Shown: piece by piece, positions 27,956-37,278 of the stretch | Layout: every line of letters begins with the position of its first letter | Numbering within the stretch: the stretch's first letter is position 1 | Assembly: GCA_041694815.1 (NCBI GenBank) | Contig: JBGFSC010000049.1 | Coordinates: 32,001-96,000 of the forward strand | DNA: 64,000 nucleotides | Origin: Elusimicrobiota bacterium | GTDB taxonomy: Bacteria; Elusimicrobiota; Elusimicrobia; UBA1565; JACRDR01 | Reading direction: 5' to 3' | Translations under genes and position numbers: made by a program | The notes under the pieces: model-generated | Seen by the model: the letters and a program-made list of their open reading frames with translations, nothing else | The model's database searches: none | Told to the model about the DNA's origin: nothing

Positions 27956-28869
27956 TTAGCGCCGAGCGGGAGCTCCACGAGCTCCGCGTCGGCCATCGTT
28001 TCCCGGACACCCGCCTGAAGCCGCGTCCGCGCCTCGATCGCCTCGCGGCGCAGCATCGCCAGGGCCAAGGGGCCGCCGAGCTTGGGCGAGTCGACGACGC
28101 TGGTGACTCGGCCGACCTCCTTGCCCCCCATAAACACCGCCGAGCCGGCGGCGACGTGGCGCGATAGGCGCAAGCCGGCGAGCCCGCGGTTGACGTGTCC
28201 GAAATTCTTGATTCGGGCCGTGGTCTCCTGACCCATGTAGCAGCCCTTGGTGAAGCTGATCGCGGATTCGAGATTCGCCTCGAGAGGCAGCGTCTCGGCG
28301 TCCGCGTCGACGCCGAAGGCGGGGATGCCGGCCTCCACTCGCAGTGTTTCCAAGGCCTCCGTGCCTGCCGCCATCCCGCCATGATCCGTGAGCGCCGACT
28401 CCAGCGCCTTGCCGAGGGCCTCGTCGCCGAGCAGTACCTTTCCTGAAAGGCCGAAGTCAGGATAATCCAGGACATGCGCCGCCGCCCTCCCGCACGCGTG
28501 CGCGATCTCGGCGGCCTTCGGTCCGCCGATGAAGTATTTCCGCCAACGAACGCTCGAGTCCTCCATCACCGTGTCGCTGAGGATCAGCGGCTTCGACAAG
28601 GCGTCCATGACCGGCTTCGTCGCGGCGGGACGCTGCAGGGTCAGGAACTGCGAGCCCAGCTCGTAGAGCCACAGGTCGCCGACGAGCTTGCCCTTGGGGG
28701 TGAGCACGCAGGTCTTGAGGGCCCCCCCCGCCGCCATGGAGGCGACATCGTTGCTCATGAGCCCCTGCAGGAAGCGCTGGCGGTCCGGACCCTTGAAGGA
28801 GAGCACGCCCAGCTCGGGCTCGGCCAAAACGGCGCTCCGGCGGGCCGCGCGGTAGGCGGCTTCTTCCAT
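27952..28869 (-). CDS. YgfZ/GcvT family folate-binding protein
   Basis: GPDRQRFLQG, LTPKGK, KGCYMGQE signature. Confidence 0.9.
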   Translation of the reverse strand: MEEAAYRAARRSAVLAEPELGVLSFKGPDRQRFLQGLMSNDVASMAAGGALKTCVLTPKGKLVGDLWLYELGSQFLTLQRPAATKPVMDALSKPLILSDTVMEDSSVRWRKYFIGGPKAAEIAHACGRAAAHVLDYPDFGLSGKVLLGDEALGKALESALTDHGGMAAGTEALETLRVEAGIPAFGVDADAETLPLEANLESAISFTKGCYMGQETTARIKNFGHVNRGLAGLRLSRHVAAGSAVFMGGKEVGRVTSVVDSPKLGGPLALAMLRREAIEARTRLQAGVRETMADAELVELPLGAN

Positions 28870-29300
28870 CAGACGGGCTTCTGGGGTTTGGGCTCGCGCA
28901 GGGGAGCGCGGGTCTTGAGCGCCTTGTGCAGAGCGGCCAGGAGCTTTTCCTGGTTGATGGGCTTCGAGAGTATCTCGACGACGTTGGGGTCCTGCTCGAC
29001 CTGCTTGATGGCCGGGTCGCTGGCGTAGGCGGTGACGATGATGATGGGGATGGCCGGGCGCTTGGACTCGCGAATGCGCCTGAGCACCTCGAAGCCGGTG
29101 GTACCCCCAGGCAACATCAGGTCGAGCAGCAAGGCGTGGGGATTGCGCTCGAGGCGGCTTAAGGCGCGCTCGCCCGTCGCCGCGGTGTCCACCTTGAAGC
29201 CGTCGCGCTTGACGAGTATTTCGAGCAGGTTCAGGATCGACTCGTCGTCATCTACGATCAAGACGGTCTTGTTCTTCGGGTCGCCCGCGTCTTCAGCCAT
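28869..29300 (-). CDS. stand-alone response regulator receiver protein
   Basis: VLIVDDD, LLDLMLP, IIVTAY, KP. Confidence 0.88.
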   Translation of the reverse strand: MAEDAGDPKNKTVLIVDDDESILNLLEILVKRDGFKVDTAATGERALSRLERNPHALLLDLMLPGGTTGFEVLRRIRESKRPAIPIIIVTAYASDPAIKQVEQDPNVVEILSKPINQEKLLAALHKALKTRAPLREPKPQKPV

Positions 29301-29332
29301 GGCGCGCATTGTAGCAACAATGGGTGCCATGT

Positions 29333-29403
29333 ATCCACTTTCTACACTTTCTTCACTTTCTCGATGAGAATCCGAGAATTTCAACAAAGTGGAGAAAGTG
29401 GAT
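29333..29403. promoter_or_regulatory. inverted repeat built from 9-bp CACTTTCTN units upstream of the receiver gene
   Basis: atccactttcta-cactttctt-cactttctc ... aaagtg-gagaaagtggat. Confidence 0.45.
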
Positions 29404-29413
29404 GCCTGGCACC

Positions 29414-30157
29414 CTAAAGAAGCGATTCGAGGGCGTCGGTGAGCTCGTTGGAGAGGGGGTCGGTCTCGGGGCCGAAGCGCCCGGCCACTCGCCCGTCGCG
29501 AGCGACGAGGAACTTGGAGAAATTCCACGGTATCGCGCCGTTGTGGCCGGACTCCTGCGTGAGGAACGCGTAAAGCGGATGCTGTTGAGGCCCCTTCACC
29601 GGGATCTTGGAGAAGAGCTCGAAGGAGACGTTATAGCGCGTCGAGCAAAACTGCTTGATCTCGGCATCGGCGCCCGGCTCCTGCGCGCCGAAATCGTTGG
29701 ACGGGAAGGCCAGCACGCGCAGCCCCTTGTCCTTGTATTTGGCGTGCAGCATCTGCAGGGACGCGTATTGGGGCGTGAAGCCGCATTCCGAGGCCGTGTT
29801 CACGATAAGCAGGACCTGGCCCTTGTATTCCGCCATCGACTTAGCAGCGCCCTCGATAGTCTTCACCTCATAGGAATAAATTTTTCCTGGAGCCGCCGTT
29901 TTCGTATCCATTCCTAATGTCTCCTTAATAAAGCGCCGCCAGCGCTCACGCAGGCCGAAGATGGCCCTGCCCACGGCCAGCCCCAGCCCGCCGGAGGCCT
30001 TGGCCGTGATCTCCCGCTCCAGGCAGCCGCGGCAGAGGCAGCCTTCTTGGGCCTCTAGTGGCATCGCCTTTGGCAGCTCGGCGCACCAGCATTTCGCCTC
30101 CTGGCGCCCGCATTCGAAGGCATCGCCGCAACGAACGCATTTCTCGCTGATCGCCAC
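29414..30157 (-). CDS. glutathione peroxidase (Cys type) with in-frame N-terminal Cys-rich CWC domain; internal start at 29911
   Basis: CVRCGDAFECG...CWCAELP...CLCRGCL, then NTASECGFTPQY, FPSNDFGAQEPG, WNFSKFLV. SD AAGGAG precedes MDTK. Confidence 0.85.
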   Translation of the reverse strand: MAISEKCVRCGDAFECGRQEAKCWCAELPKAMPLEAQEGCLCRGCLEREITAKASGGLGLAVGRAIFGLRERWRRFIKETLGMDTKTAAPGKIYSYEVKTIEGAAKSMAEYKGQVLLIVNTASECGFTPQYASLQMLHAKYKDKGLRVLAFPSNDFGAQEPGADAEIKQFCSTRYNVSFELFSKIPVKGPQQHPLYAFLTQESGHNGAIPWNFSKFLVARDGRVAGRFGPETDPLSNELTDALESLL

Positions 30158-30361
30158 GGCTCCATTATATACGAGAGCCGACACGGCCCGAAAGGCCCAA
30201 GCCCATCCAAGTTGGAACTCAGGACTGCAAAAATGGATAAAAATGGCCTATTTTACATTCTATGACTCAATTTTTACGTATTTTTGACGCCTTTCGGTTG
30301 CAAAAATGCCTCAAAAGGGCTATTCTATGCAGGTCGTGCATATTTGCCGCGAGGGGGAAAC

Positions 30362-32554
30362 ATGGCTCTACCGGAACGCAGCTTCGTCGAGGAAACGATC
30401 AAGACCCTGGCCAACGGGGGCGCGTTGAAAAACGGCGGCGGCGCGCATGAGGCGCGCACGCTGGCAGAGACATTCGGCAGCGCCACCTTCAGCAAGAAGG
30501 TGATGGCCAAGCATCTGAGCAAATCGGTTTACGAGAAGCTTCTCGATACGATCGAGAATAACGAGAAGCTCGACGTCGAGATCGCCGACGAGGTTGCCCA
30601 CGCCATGAAGGAGTGGGCCATTAGCCACGGCGCCACCCATTTCTGCCATTGGTTCCAGCCCCAGCGCGGCGTGACGGCCGAGAAACACGACGCTTTCTTA
30701 AGCATCGACCGCAACGGCGCCCCCATCCAGCGCTTCTCGGGCCGGCAGCTCATCCAGGGCGAGCCCGACGCCTCCTCCTTCCCCTCGGGAGGCATGCGGA
30801 GCACCTTCGAGGCGCGCGGCTACACGGCCTGGGACCCCACCTCGGCCGCCTTCCTCCTGCGTACCGGGAAAGCCGTGACCCTCGTCATCCCCAGCGTCTA
30901 TCTCTCTTATACGGGAGAGGTGCTCGACATGAAGACGCCGCTTCTGCGCTCGCTGCACGCCATCGAGGAGCGCGCCTTGCGCGTGCTCAAGCTCTTCGGC
31001 AACCGCACGGCGAAGTACGTGCGCGTCACCGTGGGCCCGGAGCAGGAATACTTCCTCATCCCCAAGGAGCTCTACGCGCGGCGGCCCGACCTCATCTACT
31101 CGGGGCGTACGCTATTCGGCGCCAGCTCGGCCAAGCACCAACAGATGGAGGACCACTATTTCGGCTCGATCAAGCCTCGGGTGCTCGATTTCATGGCCGA
31201 CGTCGACGCGGCGCTATTTGAGCGCGGCATCCCGGCCAAGACCCGGCATAACGAGGTCGCGCCCAACCAGTTCGAGATCGCGCCTATCTTCGAGGAGGCC
31301 AACCTCGCCATCGACCACAACCTCCAAGCGATGGAAATCATGCGCAAGATCGCCGACGACCACGGCTTGGCACTACTCTTGCACGAGAAGCCCTTCGCGG
31401 GCATCAACGGCAGCGGCAAGCACCTCAACTGGTCGATGATGGATTCCGACGGCAACAACCTGCTCGAGCCCGGGGCCGCCCCCAAGAAGAATATCCAGTT
31501 CCTTGTCTTCCTGTCGGCGATACTGGCCGGCGTGGAGAAATACGGCGCCCTACTGCGCACGGCGGTGGCCGACGCCGGCAACGACCATCGGCTCGGGGCC
31601 AACGAGGCGCCGCCGGCCATCATGTCGGTGTACCTGGGCTCGTACCTCGACCGCCTCCTGGGGGAAATCGAGAAGGGCAGCTTCACCTCCGACACGGCCA
31701 AGGCCGCGCTGGATTTGGGCATCAAGCGCCTGCCCTCGGTGGTCTTCGATAATTCCGATCGAAACCGCACCTCCCCCATCGCCTTCACGGGCAACAAGTT
31801 CGAGTTCCGCGCGGTCGGCGCCTCCCAGAACTGCTCGGAGCCGGCCACCGCCTTGAACCTGGTGGTCGCCTACGGGCTCGACGTCGTCTTGCAGAAGCTC
31901 GAAAAGGGCCTAGGCGAGGGCGACGTAACCGACAAGGCCCTCTCCGTCATCAAGGAAGTGGTGCGCGACACCAAGCGCGTGCGCTTCGAGGGCAACAATT
32001 ACTCGGCCGAATGGCACAGGGAAGCCGCCAAGCGCGGGCTTTCCGCGGCCAAGAACACGCCGGCGGCCTTAGAGACCCTCGTCGAAAAGGACGTGGTGGC
32101 GCTCTACGAGAAGTACAAGGTGCTTACCAGCGGCGAGGTGCACGCCAAATACGAGATCAAGCTCGAGGCCTACGCCAAGACCAAGGAGATCGAGCTGAAA
32201 TTGCTCAAGGAGCTTAGCACGACCTACGCCTTGCCGGCCCTGGCGCGCTATATCAGCGAGCTCGGCCGGGCCGCCGAGGCGCTGGAGTCGGCCTCCAAGG
32301 GCGGCGGGAAATTGCTCAAGGCCAAGATCCAATACGGCGGCAAGCTGTTGGCGGCAATCGAGGATGGCGTCCGCTCGGTGGACTCGGTGTTGGAGAGCGA
32401 CGAGACAAGCCTCGAGAAAAAGGCGAAGCTACTGGCCTCCAAGGGCGTCGACGCGCTTGCCGTGCTGCGCTCGGCCTGCGACCACGCCGAGGAATTCGTC
32501 GAGCATCAGCTCTGGCCGCTGCCGAAGTATCGCGAGATGCTCTGTCTATTATAA
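30362..32554 (+). CDS. glnN: glutamine synthetase type III
   Basis: THFCHWFQP, AEKHDAF, QGEPDASSFPSGG, HEKPFAGINGSGKH, DRNRTSP, WPLPKYREML. Confidence 0.93.
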   Translation: MALPERSFVEETIKTLANGGALKNGGGAHEARTLAETFGSATFSKKVMAKHLSKSVYEKLLDTIENNEKLDVEIADEVAHAMKEWAISHGATHFCHWFQPQRGVTAEKHDAFLSIDRNGAPIQRFSGRQLIQGEPDASSFPSGGMRSTFEARGYTAWDPTSAAFLLRTGKAVTLVIPSVYLSYTGEVLDMKTPLLRSLHAIEERALRVLKLFGNRTAKYVRVTVGPEQEYFLIPKELYARRPDLIYSGRTLFGASSAKHQQMEDHYFGSIKPRVLDFMADVDAALFERGIPAKTRHNEVAPNQFEIAPIFEEANLAIDHNLQAMEIMRKIADDHGLALLLHEKPFAGINGSGKHLNWSMMDSDGNNLLEPGAAPKKNIQFLVFLSAILAGVEKYGALLRTAVADAGNDHRLGANEAPPAIMSVYLGSYLDRLLGEIEKGSFTSDTAKAALDLGIKRLPSVVFDNSDRNRTSPIAFTGNKFEFRAVGASQNCSEPATALNLVVAYGLDVVLQKLEKGLGEGDVTDKALSVIKEVVRDTKRVRFEGNNYSAEWHREAAKRGLSAAKNTPAALETLVEKDVVALYEKYKVLTSGEVHAKYEIKLEAYAKTKEIELKLLKELSTTYALPALARYISELGRAAEALESASKGGGKLLKAKIQYGGKLLAAIEDGVRSVDSVLESDETSLEKKAKLLASKGVDALAVLRSACDHAEEFVEHQLWPLPKYREMLCLL

Positions 32555-32561
32555 AAAGTCT

Positions 32562-32600
32562 AAAGAAAACGCCCGGAGCCAAGCTTCGGGCGTTTTCTTT
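32562..32600. terminator. bidirectional intrinsic terminator
   Basis: aaagaaaacgcccggagc-caa-gcttcgggcgttttcttt between convergent genes. Confidence 0.8.
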
Positions 32601-32978
32601 TCACCCGCCCTTGCAGCGGACTTTACGGCGGCATTCGGCTTCGATTTGGGATGCGAACGGCGCCGCCCCCGGCCTCATGCGCGCATCAACGCAGGCACGG
32701 ACGGAGTCGACTATGCTTCCAGATCCTCCCGCGTATCCGTCCGCGTAACAAATCGGTATGCCCTTAGGCGCCTTAACTTCCCGAGAACATTCGGCCCTGC
32801 GCATGCCTAAAAAAGGCCCGCTCCCTGGCATGGAGCTGGCATCCACGCAAGCATTGATTGCTTCTTCAATAGAGCCGCCCGCATAGCCTTTAGCCGTATA
32901 CACTCGAAAACCTTGCCGGGCGTCTGCAATGCCGCCCATCAGGAAGATTCCAAATACGATTGCTTTTTTTATCGCCAT
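32601..32978 (-). CDS. small secreted Cys-containing protein with internal duplication
   Basis: SD GGAGG; signal peptide; two units GYAGGS..(E/D)A/S..ACVDA..PG..PF.....EC.R.V. Confidence 0.65.
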   Translation of the reverse strand: MAIKKAIVFGIFLMGGIADARQGFRVYTAKGYAGGSIEEAINACVDASSMPGSGPFLGMRRAECSREVKAPKGIPICYADGYAGGSGSIVDSVRACVDARMRPGAAPFASQIEAECRRKVRCKGG

Positions 32979-33114
32979 CCCCACCTCCACCAAATTTAAT
33001 CCTACTATAGAACGTCTCTGCTTTTTCAAAAAGAGGCTTAAGGCCTAATGCCTACAGTCTTTCGACCTAGGCCAAAAGGCCTAGACGCGTGAATATGCCC
33101 TTTTTAACGACTAA

Positions 33115-33161
33115 TGGGAATAGACATTTACGCGCTTCGGGCGCGTAAAAGCTGCCGTTAA
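33115..33161. repeat. intergenic repeat, short form
   Basis: tgggaatagacatttacgcgcttcgggcgcgtaaaagctgccgtta matches 782-813 on the left and the 2821 copy on the right. Confidence 0.8.
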
Positions 33162-33700
33162 CCGTTAGGATTATTGTCCGAGTCTTCGCCCTTGCGGCGC
33201 TCCTGCAGCGAATGCAGGATGAGGCCGACGAGCACGGTGCCGAGCACGCCAACCACGGCGATGGTCAAGAGGCCCGCCCCCAATACGGCTCCGACGGCGG
33301 GCCCGAAGACGGCGCCCCCGATGCCGGTGACGCCTAAAATGACGGCGAGCGCCCCCCCGACGGCCATGGCCGCGGCGAGCTTGGGATGCCGCTTATGGAA
33401 TGGCTCCTTCTTTTCCCCATCGCCGCCGTCAGGGGGCGGCGCGGGCGGCTCTTCCCCGCCGGCCTCTCCCTCGCAGAATACCGCCGGCATGGGCGAAGCC
33501 TTCCGTTGTTTTACCGGAGAAACGGAGAGCGGGGGCGTGCGCTTTAAACCGAAGTCCGAGGCCGGCGCGGCGCTCTCGGGCGCGGGGCGGCCTTCTCCGA
33601 ACCGCAGCCCGGCGCCGTATTTAAGGGCCTCCGCGGACGGCTCGGCGGCGGCCGCCGTGGAAAGGAGCGCCGCGCTCAATAGGGCATAAAGTCTATGCAT
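33158..33700 (-). CDS. hypothetical secreted protein (RFGEG motif, Pro-rich linker, Gly-rich TM helices)
   Basis: Signal peptide, GLRFGEG, C-terminal glycine-zipper-like helices. Confidence 0.7.
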   Translation of the reverse strand: MHRLYALLSAALLSTAAAAEPSAEALKYGAGLRFGEGRPAPESAAPASDFGLKRTPPLSVSPVKQRKASPMPAVFCEGEAGGEEPPAPPPDGGDGEKKEPFHKRHPKLAAAMAVGGALAVILGVTGIGGAVFGPAVGAVLGAGLLTIAVVGVLGTVLVGLILHSLQERRKGEDSDNNPNG

Positions 33701-33785
33701 CGACACTTTCTCCGAGTCTCATTGTATCGCAAAGGCTCAAAAACGTCATGGGCTGATGGTCCCACGCCCGGACAGGGCCTTCGGA

Positions 33786-34961
33786 CTACAGTTTAAACCT
33801 CTCCTCGGCGCTGTCGGAGCGCCCGTTTTCGGGCTTGGCCGCCTCCGCGGCCGGGGCCGACAGCACCCGTTTGAGCTTCTCCATGGCCGCCCGATTGACC
33901 TCCTGGATGCCGATTCTCCAAACCCGGACCGTCGTGTCATCGCTGGCGGTCACCAGCTGGGAGCCGTCCCGGCTGAAGGCGGCCGACCAAACGGTGCCCT
34001 CGTGCCCTTCGAAGCTTTCGAGCAGGGCCGCCGTCTTCGCGTCCCAGACCAGCACCCGGGCGTCCGCCCCGGCCGTCACGATCCACTCTCCTTTGGGATC
34101 GAATCGGGCGCTTGTGACGGGGCCGGAATGCCCGCGCAGGGTTTGGAAGGGCTTTCCCGACTCGGCGTCCCAAACGATCGCCAGCTGATCCGCGCCGGCG
34201 GTGACGATCCTGGTCCCATCGGGGCTGAAAGAGGCGAAGTTGACGAAATCCGCATGGCCCTTGAATTCGCGGATCTTTTGCCCCGTCTGTGCGTCCCAGA
34301 GCGCCGCGGTTTTATCCCAACTGGCCGTGAGAACCTTCGCACCGTCCGGGCTAAAGCAGGCGTAGCGTACGGGAGCCTTATGGCCCTTAAGCTCCAGTTT
34401 CTTCTGCGCCCCGGGCATCCAAATCACCGCCTTGTGATTAGACTGGGCCAACACGATCTTGGTTCCGTCGGGGCTGAACTCGGCCGAATGGACTGTGATC
34501 GGAGATGACAATATTCCTTTTTGAACGAGCGATCTCTTTGAGAGCGACGCCCAGAGGTATTGCAACTTGTCCCATACTACGACTTGCCCATCATCGGTGG
34601 CCGCCACCAGCTCTCCGGTACTCATGCCGATGTGGAGAATTTTCCCCCTAAAGCCATTGCGTTCATAGTTCGAAGCGCCGCCGCCTCGAAGGTCTCTCCT
34701 ATGAATGGAGTTGCCCTGCACAAACAACAGTTCAGCCCCATCCGGTGTCAAGATGGCCGAATATACGGGCGCCCCCCGGCCGACGTTGCTCTTGATGACT
34801 TGCACCCTCGGGAGTTGCCCCGTCAGCGCCTCATCCAAGGCGCCCTGATGAGAAGCCGCCAAACGCGCGCGATTGTCGAAAAGCGAGGCCAGCTCCTCCG
34901 GCGAGCTCAGATCGTCCGCGAAGGCGCTCGCCGAAAAGAGCCAAAGGAGAAGCGCGATCAT
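33786..34961 (-). CDS. secreted WD40 repeat protein with C-terminal AEERFKL tag
   Basis: Canonical LKGH...FSPDG...TASWDKTAALWD repeats; ATGA overlap with the upstream gene. Confidence 0.88.
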   Translation of the reverse strand: MIALLLWLFSASAFADDLSSPEELASLFDNRARLAASHQGALDEALTGQLPRVQVIKSNVGRGAPVYSAILTPDGAELLFVQGNSIHRRDLRGGGASNYERNGFRGKILHIGMSTGELVAATDDGQVVVWDKLQYLWASLSKRSLVQKGILSSPITVHSAEFSPDGTKIVLAQSNHKAVIWMPGAQKKLELKGHKAPVRYACFSPDGAKVLTASWDKTAALWDAQTGQKIREFKGHADFVNFASFSPDGTRIVTAGADQLAIVWDAESGKPFQTLRGHSGPVTSARFDPKGEWIVTAGADARVLVWDAKTAALLESFEGHEGTVWSAAFSRDGSQLVTASDDTTVRVWRIGIQEVNRAAMEKLKRVLSAPAAEAAKPENGRSDSAEERFKL

Positions 34962-35680
34962 CGCCGATCCAGCCATCGCCCGAATTTTTGTCCCGCTTCG
35001 TATAGCACGGCGCTCAGGGGAAGCGCGGACATCAGACAAGCCCTTAAGAACATGAACTTAATCTGAGGAATAACGCGCCTGGCGTACTGAGCCTCAATGT
35101 ACAGACTCAAGTGCCGCCCCACCAAGGCGGTGACGACGGCACCTATAGCCAGATACGGCGCAGTTCCCACAAGGAGCTGCCCGCTGATCGGCGCGGCCGA
35201 ACCAGGACAGGTAGCCATTCCCGCAATGCCGCCAATGATGAGCGAAACGCCCAATTCGAAGGGGTCGTAGGGCTGCTTCCGAACTTTGCGGCTGATGCCC
35301 ATCATGGAGATAAACGTAGCGGCGACTCCGCAGGCCAACAGCACCCTAAGGATATCGCCGGTCGCGGGCATTACCGCGATCAGCACTGCAGCGGACGCGA
35401 TCCCGCCTAGTCCGGCCCCGAGCTTTGACCATCGATTTTCCTCCTTGGGCCATTCCCGCCGTCGGGTCGGCAGCGAGGGCGCGGGGACCGCGGCGGCCTT
35501 GGCGGCGATTACAGGAGCCGCCGTCGGCGCGGCGGCCAGAGCCACCGCGTCCACGCCTATCGCAGGGACTACCTGCCCTTCGCCGAACGCAGCGCCGGAG
35601 GCGACCTTAGCCTCCTCCAAAGAGCCGCAAACGCCGGCGGCGGGCAGCAGCAACGAGATCGCGAGAATAGGCGCCTTCAT
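34958..35680 (-). CDS. hypothetical secreted/membrane protein, paralog 3
   Basis: MKAPILAISLLLPAAGVCG-SLEEAKVASGAAFGEG...PSLPTRRREWPKEENRW...GRWLDRR; ATGA-coupled. Confidence 0.8.
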   Translation of the reverse strand: MKAPILAISLLLPAAGVCGSLEEAKVASGAAFGEGQVVPAIGVDAVALAAAPTAAPVIAAKAAAVPAPSLPTRRREWPKEENRWSKLGAGLGGIASAAVLIAVMPATGDILRVLLACGVAATFISMMGISRKVRKQPYDPFELGVSLIIGGIAGMATCPGSAAPISGQLLVGTAPYLAIGAVVTALVGRHLSLYIEAQYARRVIPQIKFMFLRACLMSALPLSAVLYEAGQKFGRWLDRR

Positions 35681-36450
35681 CTCGAATCCAACCAGCGGCC
35701 AAGCGCGGCGCCTAATTTCTTGCTGGCGACCGCCCCTGCGGCGGGCAGCGAAAAGACGCCGAACATCAAGCCCAACATCGGACCGAAGACGAGAAAGCCG
35801 AGCCCCGGTTTTACGGCTAGCCCCGTTCCCTGGACGGAGATACCCTTCAACAACAGGAAATTGATCCAGGCGGCGTTCGCCGCGCTGAACAAGAGGTACG
35901 CCGGCGGGATATCCAGACGGAAATGATTGATGATGACGAGACACGCCGCCCCTACGGCGCCGCTGGCGAGCGCATGCCAATAGCCGTAGCCGTGTTTGGT
36001 GCCGCTCACCGCGGCCGCGAAACCCCCGGCAAGGCCGCTCCATACGAAAATGCGGGTCCAGAGATCGAAACTAGGAACGGCCCCGATCATGGAAGCGGCG
36101 GCGAGCCCGGCCGCGACCGCTCCGAGCGCCGCCCCGAGCTTCTTTAAGCGGTTCTCCTCCTTGGGCCAGTCCCTCCGGCGGGTGGGCAAGGAGGGCGGCG
36201 GGACGCTGACGCGGGGCGCGATAACGACGGGAACCCTCCTGCGAAAAATGGCAAGGCGAGCGGAAGCCGGCAGGGACGCGAGCAATGCCTGCTTCCCGCC
36301 GGCCGCCAGCGCCGCCAACTCGATGGGAGCAGCTCCTACGCCCCGTTTGTCCCCGAAAAGAGCTCCCGACTCATCCTTCGCCCCCTCTAAGGAATCGCAA
36401 AAACCGGCGATCGGAACCCCCAGGAGCATGCCTAAAAGTAAAATTCTCAT
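35677..36450 (-). CDS. hypothetical secreted/membrane protein, paralog 2
   Basis: SLEGAKDESGALFGD...PSLPTRRRDWPKEENRL...LGRWLDSR. Confidence 0.8.
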   Translation of the reverse strand: MRILLLGMLLGVPIAGFCDSLEGAKDESGALFGDKRGVGAAPIELAALAAGGKQALLASLPASARLAIFRRRVPVVIAPRVSVPPPSLPTRRRDWPKEENRLKKLGAALGAVAAGLAAASMIGAVPSFDLWTRIFVWSGLAGGFAAAVSGTKHGYGYWHALASGAVGAACLVIINHFRLDIPPAYLLFSAANAAWINFLLLKGISVQGTGLAVKPGLGFLVFGPMLGLMFGVFSLPAAGAVASKKLGAALGRWLDSR

Positions 36451-37178
36451 CGGCGATCCAGCCAGCGTCCGAGGGCGGCTCCCAGTTTCTTGCCGACGCC
36501 CGCGCCCCCAGCTACGAGAAACGTAGATCCGAATATTAATCCGGTCATGGGACCGAGCAGGGCATACGCCAAACCGATACGATTTCCGTTGGAAGCAATC
36601 CGATTTAACAATAAGTGACTTACCCAGGCCGCGCTTGCGGCCGCAAGTAAAACTCCTATAGGTGGGAATTCAAGATATAAGGCTCCCGCTACCGCAAGGG
36701 CGGCGCTCAAGCTCATGTTCAATTTAGATTGGCTCGAGAGCACAATCCTAACGAAGCCGGCGGCAAACCCGCTCCATGCCAGGACCCCCGCCAATGTTAG
36801 AAAGCTCGGGACGTTAGCGAGCAGGAAAAGGGTGGGGGCGAGGGCCGCGCCAGCCCCAAGGGTCGCGACTATTTTTCCCCAACGCCCTTCCTCCTTAGGC
36901 CATTCCCTACGGCGTGTGGGCAAGGAGGGTTGGGGAATGGCGGCACGACCCGTCGCGATGATCACCGGGAGCGTATTGGCCGTTGCGAGCGCCGCCGACA
37001 CGGCTGTAAGCTCCTCCCCGGCGCTCTTAGCCGCAGTAGCGCTCTGGCCGGCCGCAGAAGCCCCTGGAACCCCTTCGCCAAATGAACGGCCGGATTCGGC
37101 TTTATCCTGCTCGTGGGACGCGCGCGCGGGATGCGCGGTGGCGGCCGCAAGGAGCAAGGCGATAAGCGCTGGACGCAT
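36447..37178 (-). CDS. hypothetical secreted/membrane protein, paralog 1
   Basis: SD AAGGA; SHEQDKAESGRSFGEG...PSLPTRRREWPKEEGRW...LGRWLDRR. Confidence 0.8.
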   Translation of the reverse strand: MRPALIALLLAAATAHPARASHEQDKAESGRSFGEGVPGASAAGQSATAAKSAGEELTAVSAALATANTLPVIIATGRAAIPQPSLPTRRREWPKEEGRWGKIVATLGAGAALAPTLFLLANVPSFLTLAGVLAWSGFAAGFVRIVLSSQSKLNMSLSAALAVAGALYLEFPPIGVLLAAASAAWVSHLLLNRIASNGNRIGLAYALLGPMTGLIFGSTFLVAGGAGVGKKLGAALGRWLDRR

Positions 37179-37278
37179 GGTTTCCTTAAAGAGTGGCACG
37201 CGTCACGCGCAAGCACCTGAGGCATAGGGCCTATGGGAACACGGACAATAGACCTAAGGTGGGGTGGGACTTTAGGGC

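Noticed and set aside
29414..29911. Selenocysteine glutathione peroxidase
   Set aside because: The active-site codon is TGC (Cys) in NTASECGFT and there is no in-frame TGA.
34958..36043. 361-aa ORF as listed in the track
   Set aside because: The N-terminal 121 aa overlap the upstream paralog. The true start is the ATG at 35680, supported by the signal peptide, ATGA coupling and paralog alignment.
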